Both the position numbers and the translations under genes were made by a program. DNA of 13,298 bases from positions 1-13,298 of the forward strand of contig JBBQEB010000109.1 in the NCBI GenBank assembly GCA_038320275.1. Reading direction: 5' to 3'. The notes beneath the pieces are model-generated. The model made no database searches, was not told the DNA's origin, and saw nothing but the letters and a program-made list of their open reading frames with translations. The DNA is from Myxococcales bacterium. GTDB taxonomy: Bacteria; Myxococcota; Myxococcia; Myxococcales; Anaeromyxobacteraceae. Below, piece by piece: positions 7,540 to 13,298 of the stretch; the first letter of the stretch is position 1; every line of letters begins with the position of its first letter.

Positions 7540-9098
7540 TCCGTGAGGGGCGCGGCCTTGCCGCCCGTCGCGGCGAGACAGGCGGCGGGCGCGAGCAGGT
7601 ACTTCGCCTCCAGGTGGGCGTGGAAGGCCTCGTCGTCGAGGCCGCGACCGGTGGCCCGGCGCACGATCTCTTCGGCGGGCAGCGCGCGGCCATGGCGATG
7701 GACCTTCTCGCGCAGCCAGTCGCGCAAGCCCAGGAAGCGGCCGGCGGCGAGGTCGCCGTCGAGCCCGGAGAGGTCGTGCTGCGCCGCCGCGAAGAGCTGC
7801 GCCGCGTAGAGGTTGCCGAGCGTGTAGGTCGGAAAGTAGCCGAGATCGCCAGAGGCCCAGTGGATGTCCTGCAGCGCCCCCTGCGCGTCGGAGACGGGCC
7901 CGAGGCCCAGCAGGCGCCGCAGCCCGTCGTTCCAGGCGCCCGGGATGTCCCGCACGCGCAGGCTGCCGCGCAGCATGCCGAGCTCCAGCTCGAAGCGCAG
8001 CGCGATGTGAAGGTTGTAGGTGACCTCGTCCGCCTGCCCGCGCACGGGCGTGCGGGCGACGCGGTTCGCGGCGCGGTACAGCGCCTCGGCGGACAAGCCG
8101 GCGAGCTGGGGAAAGCGGGCCGCCATGCGAGGCGCAAAGCCACGCCAGAACGGCAGCGAGCGCCCGACCTGGTTCTCCCACAGGCGCGACTGCGACTCGT
8201 GCAGGCCCATCGACACCACCATGCCCAGCGGGTCGCGGCGGTGCGCGGAAGGCAGCCCCTGCTCGAACAGCCCGTGCCCACCCTCGTGCAGGGTGATGAA
8301 GACGGAGTAGAGCGGGAGGTCCTCGTAGAGGTGGGTGGTGAGCCGGACGTCGCCGGGATCGGGGGCGAGCGTGAAGGGGTGAATGCTCTGGTCGAGGCGC
8401 CCTTTCCTTCGGTCGAAGCCCATGAGGTCGAGCACCTCCAGCGAGAGCGCCCACTGCGCGTCGACGTCGAAGCGGCCGGCGGCGAACGGGCTGGTGGGTG
8501 GCGGGGCCGAGGTGAGCCGCTCGACGAGGGGCGCGAGCCAGCCGGTGAGCCGCGCGAAGAGCGGCTCGAGGCGCGCCACGCGCATACCGGGCTCGTAGCC
8601 CTCGAGGAGCGCGTCGTACACCTCGCCGCCCTCCGGCACGCCGAAGGCCTGCGCCTGCTCGCGCCGCAGGGCGAGCAGCCCTTCGAGGAAGGGGGCGAAA
8701 CGGCCGAAGTCGTTCTCCTCGCGGGCGGTACGCCAGGCCACCAGCGCGGCCGACTGCAGCTCGGCCAGCTCGCGGACGAGCCGGGCCGGGACCTTCACCG
8801 CCCGGTCGCGGTCGAAGCGCATCGCGCGCAGGACCGCCAGGGCATCGTCGGGCGCGCCGTCGGGGGCCTCGCCGCCGCGCAGGCTCGCCTCCGCCCCGGC
8901 GAGCGCGTCGGCCAGCGCCCCCGCCGAGAAGCGCTCGTGCAGCACCCCCTGCAAGGCGGCGAGCTGCTCGCCTCGCGCGCTGGCGCCGCCCGCTGGCATG
9001 TACGTCTCCTGATCCCAGGCGAGCACGGTGATGGCGCCCTGCAAAGCGCGCAGCTCCGCCATGCGCTCGCGGAGGATGTTCCAGGCGCTGGTGGGCAT
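7536..9098 (-). CDS. Carboxypeptidase M32 (carboxypeptidase Taq family), copy A
   Basis: 520 aa. Motifs WDQETYMP, HPF, DVRLTT, HEGGH (HExxH), HESQS, ADEVTYNLH, QDIHW and GYFPTYTLG. Confidence 0.95.
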   Translation of the reverse strand: MPTSAWNILRERMAELRALQGAITVLAWDQETYMPAGGASARGEQLAALQGVLHERFSAGALADALAGAEASLRGGEAPDGAPDDALAVLRAMRFDRDRAVKVPARLVRELAELQSAALVAWRTAREENDFGRFAPFLEGLLALRREQAQAFGVPEGGEVYDALLEGYEPGMRVARLEPLFARLTGWLAPLVERLTSAPPPTSPFAAGRFDVDAQWALSLEVLDLMGFDRRKGRLDQSIHPFTLAPDPGDVRLTTHLYEDLPLYSVFITLHEGGHGLFEQGLPSAHRRDPLGMVVSMGLHESQSRLWENQVGRSLPFWRGFAPRMAARFPQLAGLSAEALYRAANRVARTPVRGQADEVTYNLHIALRFELELGMLRGSLRVRDIPGAWNDGLRRLLGLGPVSDAQGALQDIHWASGDLGYFPTYTLGNLYAAQLFAAAQHDLSGLDGDLAAGRFLGLRDWLREKVHRHGRALPAEEIVRRATGRGLDDEAFHAHLEAKYLLAPAACLAATGGKAAPLTE

Positions 9099-9125
9099 GG
9101 GGTACGGGATCTAACACGGGGAGGG
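9099..9125 (-). promoter_or_regulatory. Probable -10 element (near-leaderless promoter) of M32 copy A
   Basis: Minus strand CCCTCCCCG-TG-T-TAGATC-N9-ATG with no Shine-Dalgarno; the motif is shared with copy B. Confidence 0.45.
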
Positions 9126-9190
9126 TACCCCACCCCCAACGCGGAGCGAGGGAGGCCTCCGGGAGCGGGGATCCCTGCGTCGGGCCGCGA

Positions 9191-10714
9191 TCACCCGGGG
9201 TCGAGCGCCCGGTACTTCGCGTCCAGGTAGGCGCGGAAGGCCTCGTCGTCGAGGCCGCGACCGGTGGCCCGGCGCACGATCTCCTCGGCGGGCAGCGCGC
9301 GGCCGTGGCGATGGACCTTCTCGCGCAGCCAGTCGCGCAGTCCCAGGAAGCGGCCGGCGGCGAGGTCGCCGTCGAGCCCAGAGAGGTCGCGCTGCGCCGC
9401 CGCGAAGAGCTGCGCCGCGTAGAGGTTGCCGAGCGTGTAGGTCGGGAAGTAGCCCAGGTCTCCCCAAGCCCAGTGGATATCCTGCAGGGCCCCCTGCGCG
9501 TCGGACACGGGCGCGAGGCCGAGCAGGCGCTGGAGGCCGTCGTTCCAGGCGCCCGGGATGTCGTGCACGCGAAGGTCTCCGCGCAGCATGCCGAGCTCCA
9601 GCTCGAAGCGCAGCGCGACATGGAGATTGTAGGTGACCTCGTCCGCTTCGACGCGCACGGGCGTGCGGGCGACGCGGTTGGCGGCACGGTGGAGCGCCTC
9701 GGCCGACAGGCCGGCGAGCTGGGGAAAGCGCGTCGCCATGCGAGGTGCGAAGCCGCGCCAGAACGGCAGCGAGCGCCCGACCTGGTTCTCCCACAGGCGC
9801 GACTGCGACTCGTGGAGCCCCATCGAGATCACCATGCCGAGAGGATCGCGGCGGTGTGCGGAGGGAAGCCCCTGCTCGAAGAGCCCGTGCCCGCCCTCGT
9901 GCAGCGTGGAGAAGATCGAGGAGAGCGGCAGCTCCTCGTGGACGTGGGTGGTGAGCCGGACGTCGCCGGGGTCGGGGGAGAGCGTGAAGGGGTGGATGCT
10001 CTCGTCCAGACGCCCGGACTGACGGTCGAAACCCATGGAGTCGAGCAGCTCCAGGGAGAGCGCCCACTGCGCCTCGTCGTCGAAGTGACCGCCGGTGAAC
10101 GGGTCGTGCGGCGGCGGCGCGGAAGCGAGCCGCTCCACCAGCGGGGCGAGCCAGCCGGTGAGCCGCGCGAAGAGCGGCTCGAGGCGCGCCACGCGCATGC
10201 CGGGCTCGTAGCCCTCGAGGAGCGCGTCGTAGACCTCGCCGCCCTCGGGCACGCCGAAGGCCTGCGCCTGTTCGCGCCGCAACGCGAGCAGCTTTTCGAG
10301 GAAGGGCGCGAAGCCGCCGAAGTCGCTCTCCTCGCGGGCGGCACGCCAGGCCACCAGCGCCGCCGACTGCAGCTCGGCCAGCTCGCGGACGAGCCGGGCC
10401 GGGACCTTCACCGCGCGGTCGCGGTCGAAGCGCATGGCCCGGAGGACCACCGCCGCGTCGGGAGGCGCGCCCTCGGGAGCCACCCCGCCGCGCAGGCTCG
10501 CCTCCGCCCCGGCGAGCGCGTCGGCGAGCGCTCCCGCCGAGAGCCGCTCGTGCAGGAGCCCCTGCAGGACGGCGAGCTGCTCGCCGCGCGCGAGGGCCCC
10601 GTTCGCCGGCATGTGCGTTTCCTGATCCCAGGCGAGCACGGTGATGGCGCCCTGCAGGGCGCGCAGCTCCGCCATGCGTTCGCAGAGGACGTTCCAGGGG
10701 CCGGGGGCTGACAT
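9191..10714 (-). CDS. Carboxypeptidase M32 (carboxypeptidase Taq family), copy B
   Basis: 507 aa from ATG 10714 (MSAPGPWNVL), chosen by alignment with copy A. Same M32 motifs, including VRVEADE. Confidence 0.95.
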   Translation of the reverse strand: MSAPGPWNVLCERMAELRALQGAITVLAWDQETHMPANGALARGEQLAVLQGLLHERLSAGALADALAGAEASLRGGVAPEGAPPDAAVVLRAMRFDRDRAVKVPARLVRELAELQSAALVAWRAAREESDFGGFAPFLEKLLALRREQAQAFGVPEGGEVYDALLEGYEPGMRVARLEPLFARLTGWLAPLVERLASAPPPHDPFTGGHFDDEAQWALSLELLDSMGFDRQSGRLDESIHPFTLSPDPGDVRLTTHVHEELPLSSIFSTLHEGGHGLFEQGLPSAHRRDPLGMVISMGLHESQSRLWENQVGRSLPFWRGFAPRMATRFPQLAGLSAEALHRAANRVARTPVRVEADEVTYNLHVALRFELELGMLRGDLRVHDIPGAWNDGLQRLLGLAPVSDAQGALQDIHWAWGDLGYFPTYTLGNLYAAQLFAAAQRDLSGLDGDLAAGRFLGLRDWLREKVHRHGRALPAEEIVRRATGRGLDDEAFRAYLDAKYRALDPG

Positions 10715-10740
10715 GGGCGGGGATCTAACGCGGGGGAGGG
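10715..10740 (-). promoter_or_regulatory. Probable -10 element (leaderless promoter) of M32 copy B
   Basis: Minus strand CCCTCCCCCGCGT-TAGATC-N7-ATG with no Shine-Dalgarno; the motif is shared with copy A. Confidence 0.45.
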
Positions 10741-10793
10741 CGACCGGACCGACGCGCGCCCGCGGCGGCGAGCGGCTGGCGACGGTCCAGGCG

Positions 10794-11065
10794 CTCCGGA
10801 GGGTTCGGGTCACCGGTGAGACCCCGTTCCGGGCGAGCGGCGTCTCCAAAGACGTTGCCTCGACCGGGGTGGGTCGAGCGTGGTTCAAGCGCTTGAACCG
10901 AAACTCGCCCTCGGTGTCAGCGCGTCGAACCAGGACGTTGCCCTCACGGGCCCATGCAACAGCTAGCAGGAGTGCCACCTCCGGCCGGACCTTCTGCTCC
11001 TCGGGAGCCGGACGCGGACGCCCTCCAGTTCGCGCGGCTCGGGTCACACGCGGGGTCATCCGGAG
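10794..11065 (+). ncRNA. Candidate structured non-coding RNA of unknown family (~270 nt)
   Basis: At least ten mutually compatible helices found by eye, including an end-closing stem, a four-way junction (10831-10910) and a long-range pseudoknot-type pairing. Several G-U pairs work only on the plus strand. No expression or covariation evidence is available. Confidence 0.55.
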
Positions 11066-11175
11066 GCTGACGGCGGTCGACCTGCGAACACGGACTTGCG
11101 CGACCTGTTCCGCGAGGACGGACGGGCGGCCGAGGCCCGATGGCGCGCGTGAGCGGGACGCACCCGCCTCGCCGC

Positions 11176-11205
11176 TCGACACCACCGCGCCCCGGGTGGC
11201 AGGAT
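11176..11205 (+). promoter_or_regulatory. Probable leaderless promoter of the upp-hpt block
   Basis: TCGACA-N18-CAGGAT with a TGn extension (TGGCAGGAT), 8 nt before the GTG start. No Shine-Dalgarno. Confidence 0.45.
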
Positions 11206-11213
11206 GCGCCGCC

Positions 11214-12029
11214 GTGCCCGACAGCCTCTACGAGAAGGTCCCGTTCCGACACTCGGAGATCGAGCATCGGTACGGCGCGAACGTCCACATCCTCGCGAAC
11301 CCGTACCTGCTCTCGCAGCTCGCGCTCCTCTGCGCCAAGGACACCGTCCAGCCGGCCATCAACCGGCTGGTGGTGGACATTTACGGGCGGCTCCTCGAGG
11401 ACGTGATGAACGCGGAGTTTCCGCGGGTCGTGATCGAGGTGCCCACCCGTATGATCGACGTGACGCCAGCGGGGGTGTTTCGCGGCGAGGTGCTTGACCG
11501 GAGCGCGCGGGCGGTGACGGTGAACATCGCCCGGGCGGGGGCCATTCCTTCACAGACGGTGTACGACCTCCTCAACGTTGCGCTCGACTCCCGGCTGGTC
11601 CGGCAGGACCACATCATCATGAGCCGCATGCTGGGCGAGAACGAGGAGGTGGTGGGCGCGGGCATCGGCGGGATGAAGATCGGCGGCGACGTCGCGGACG
11701 CGTTCCTGCTCTTCCCGGATCCCATGGGCGCCACCGGCAGCTCGCTCTCGGAGGCGATCTCCACCTACAAGGGGAAGGTCGCGGGCACGCCCCGGCGCAT
11801 CATCAACATCCACCTCATCGTGACGCCCGAGTACCTGCGCCGCATGACCACCGATCACCCCGACGTGGTGGTGTACGCTGTGCGACTGGATCGGGGGCTC
11901 TCCTCTCCGGAGGTGTTGGCCTCGGTGCCGGGCTCGCGGTGGGATGAGGAGCGCGGGCTCACCGACCATCAGTACATCGTGCCGGGCGGCGGCGGGTTCG
12001 GTGAGATCATGAACAACGCGTACGTATAG
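11214..12029 (+). CDS. upp: Uracil phosphoribosyltransferase-like protein (divergent)
   Basis: 271 aa from GTG 11214. IARAG, PRPP-binding loop FPDPMGATGSS (cf. DPMLATG) and C-terminal YIVPG; adjacent to hpt. The N-terminal 191 codons of the track ORF look non-coding. Confidence 0.8.
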   Translation: MPDSLYEKVPFRHSEIEHRYGANVHILANPYLLSQLALLCAKDTVQPAINRLVVDIYGRLLEDVMNAEFPRVVIEVPTRMIDVTPAGVFRGEVLDRSARAVTVNIARAGAIPSQTVYDLLNVALDSRLVRQDHIIMSRMLGENEEVVGAGIGGMKIGGDVADAFLLFPDPMGATGSSLSEAISTYKGKVAGTPRRIINIHLIVTPEYLRRMTTDHPDVVVYAVRLDRGLSSPEVLASVPGSRWDEERGLTDHQYIVPGGGGFGEIMNNAYV

Positions 12030-12039
12030 GTAGGCGCCC

Positions 12040-12570
12040 ATGTCCAGGCTCGATGGCACGGACGTGAAGGTGCTCCTCTCGGAGGAGGTCCTGCGCGCGC
12101 GCGTGGCGGCGCTCGGCGCGGAGATCACGCGCGATTACGCGGGGCGCCCGCTGAAGCTGGTGGGCGTCCTCAAGGGCAGCTTCATGTTCATGGCCGACCT
12201 GGCGCGCGCCATCGACCTCCCGTGCAAGATGGACTTCATCGGCACCACCTCCTACCAGGGCACGAAGACCACCGGCGTGGTGCGCATCACGAGCGACCTC
12301 TCCCGACCCATCGACGGCGAGCACATCCTGCTCGTGGAGGACATCGTCGACACCGGCCTCACCATGCGCTACCTGCTCGACAACCTCGCCACCCGGAAGC
12401 CCGCCAGCGTGAAGATCTGCGCGCTCCTCGAGAAGCCGGCGCGCGCTCAGGTGGTCATCCCCATCGACTACAAGGGCTTCTCCATTCCGGACGAGTTCGT
12501 GGTGGGGTTCGGCCTCGACTGGGACGGCCGCTTCCGCAACCTGCCCTTCCTCGGTGTCGTGCAGCGGTGA
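12040..12570 (+). CDS. hpt: Hypoxanthine phosphoribosyltransferase
   Basis: 176 aa. Motifs GVLKGSFMFMADL, SY, LLVEDIVDTGLT and FVVGFGLD...RNLP. Confidence 0.96.
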   Translation: MSRLDGTDVKVLLSEEVLRARVAALGAEITRDYAGRPLKLVGVLKGSFMFMADLARAIDLPCKMDFIGTTSYQGTKTTGVVRITSDLSRPIDGEHILLVEDIVDTGLTMRYLLDNLATRKPASVKICALLEKPARAQVVIPIDYKGFSIPDEFVVGFGLDWDGRFRNLPFLGVVQR

Positions 12571-12572
12571 CC

Positions 12573-13298
12573 ATGGCGACCGTCCCTGAACAGCGCGGCG
12601 GCGCTGCCCGGAGCGCGCTCCTGGTCCTCCTCCTGCTGGCGCTGCTCGGCGTCGTCGCCTTCCTTCTTTCCGAGCGCAACGCCCGTCAGTGGTTCCTCGT
12701 CTGGGAGGGCGGAGCGCTGAACGTGAAGAAGGGCATCTTCGCGCCCATGGGGCGCACGAGCTTCAAGACGGACGATCCTGGCCAGGCGCTGGCCTACTCT
12801 CCGCTGCGGCCACCGGCGGGATGGAAGGGCGAGGAGGAGCGGATCTTCGAAGACCGCGCCGCGCTCGACACGGCGCTCTACGAGCTGCTCGCGAAGTGGG
12901 CCCGCGACGACCTCGCCACCGAGAAGCCGGAGAGCGTCGAGCGCGCGCTCTCCTGGCTCGCCCGCGCCGATCGGCTGGCAGGACTGACCTCGGTGCAGCG
13001 CGAGGACCTGCGCACGCTGCGCGCCGAATCCGGGTACTTCGAGGCCCGAGGGCTCCTCGACCGGGCCGCGGACGCGCTCCGCCAGGCGCGCGAGCGGCTC
13101 CGGCTCACCTCCAGCACCGCCTCGCCGCACGCCGGCGAGGCGGGCGAGGCGCTTCGCCGGCTGGAACCGACGCTGGACGAGCTGTACCAGGCTTCTCGCG
13201 CGCTCGGAGCCGGCGTGACCCAAGCGCCGCCCGCCCCCCCTCCGCGCGCCGAGGGGCAACCCGCGCCCGCGCCGCAGCCCGGCGTGAGCCCGGCGCCG
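12573..13298 (+). CDS. Membrane-anchored hypothetical protein (3'-truncated by window edge)
   Basis: Not in the ORF track. ATG 2 nt after the hpt stop, open to the window end (242 codons) with GC3-rich codons: MATVPEQRGGAARSALLVLLLLALLGVVAFLLSERNARQWFLVW... One N-terminal hydrophobic helix, a helical-looking core and a Pro/Ala-rich tail. Confidence 0.85.
   Translation, partial: MATVPEQRGGAARSALLVLLLLALLGVVAFLLSERNARQWFLVWEGGALNVKKGIFAPMGRTSFKTDDPGQALAYSPLRPPAGWKGEEERIFEDRAALDTALYELLAKWARDDLATEKPESVERALSWLARADRLAGLTSVQREDLRTLRAESGYFEARGLLDRAADALRQARERLRLTSSTASPHAGEAGEALRRLEPTLDELYQASRALGAGVTQAPPAPPPRAEGQPAPAPQPGVSPAP

Larger units (their letters stand above)
7598..10740. repeat. Tandem direct duplication, units ~7598-9125 and ~9211-10740
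   Basis: Two collinear copies offset by about 1613 nt. Manual alignment shows about 52 amino-acid differences over ~495 ungapped residues (~89-90% identity). Similarity continues about 25 nt upstream of both start codons. Confidence 0.95.

Noticed and set aside
6595..9687. 1030-aa ORF suggesting a large IspE fusion
   Set aside because: The first 716 codons are an alternative frame over the M32 genes with Arg/Pro/Ala-rich junk composition. IspE motifs start at ATG 7539.
10831..10910. tRNA gene
   Set aside because: The shape is cloverleaf-like, but loop sizes and invariant D-loop, anticodon-loop and T-loop features do not fit. GGTTCAA is in a stem rather than a loop.
11005..11040. Group II intron domain V (begins GAGCCGGACGCG)
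   Set aside because: The bulge is on the wrong strand, there is no GNRA-capped loop, and no domain VI or reverse transcriptase is nearby.
10794..11065. Assignment to RNase P RNA, 6S RNA, SRP RNA, tmRNA, ykkC-type (PRPP/ppGpp/guanidine) or c-di-GMP riboswitch, or hammerhead ribozyme
   Set aside because: Signature sequences were not found by eye: no GAGGAAAGUCC, no SRP GGAA/AGCAG loop, no tmRNA ends and no CUGANGA. The resemblance to ykkC (AGGGUUC...ACAC) is superficial and lacks its A-rich P3 loop. A covariance-model search is still needed.
10641..11213. N-terminal extensions of upp (+) and M32 copy B (-) reading through the intergenic region
   Set aside because: Neither has family similarity. 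Copy A defines the M32 start, and promoter-like motifs sit next to the shorter starts. Stop-free frames are common at this GC content.
12468..13259. 263-aa minus-strand ORF
   Set aside because: It is the antisense shadow of the plus-strand gene starting at 12573, which has operon-like spacing and typical codon usage.

Overview
Very GC-rich, mostly core-genome window. Gene content and protein sequences resemble Myxococcota (Anaeromyxobacter-like); this is inferred from recalled homologues, not from a search. The minus strand carries, in transcription order: two tandem M32 carboxypeptidase paralogues, ispE, a probable spoVG relic, prs, rplY, pth, rpsF (with an S6:S18 leader), rpsR (long Gly/Tyr N-terminal extension), rplI, a terminator, a secreted S9 peptidase and the 5' end of mreB. 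The plus strand carries a divergent block: a divergent upp-like gene, hpt and a truncated membrane-anchored hypothetical protein. The most unusual element is in the roughly 500-nt divergent intergenic region (10715-11213). About 270 nt there fold by eye into a compact, nested multi-helix RNA with a four-way junction and a long-range pseudoknot. It matches no RNA family I recognise and is a candidate novel structured ncRNA. I saw no tRNA, rRNA, CRISPR array or transposase.
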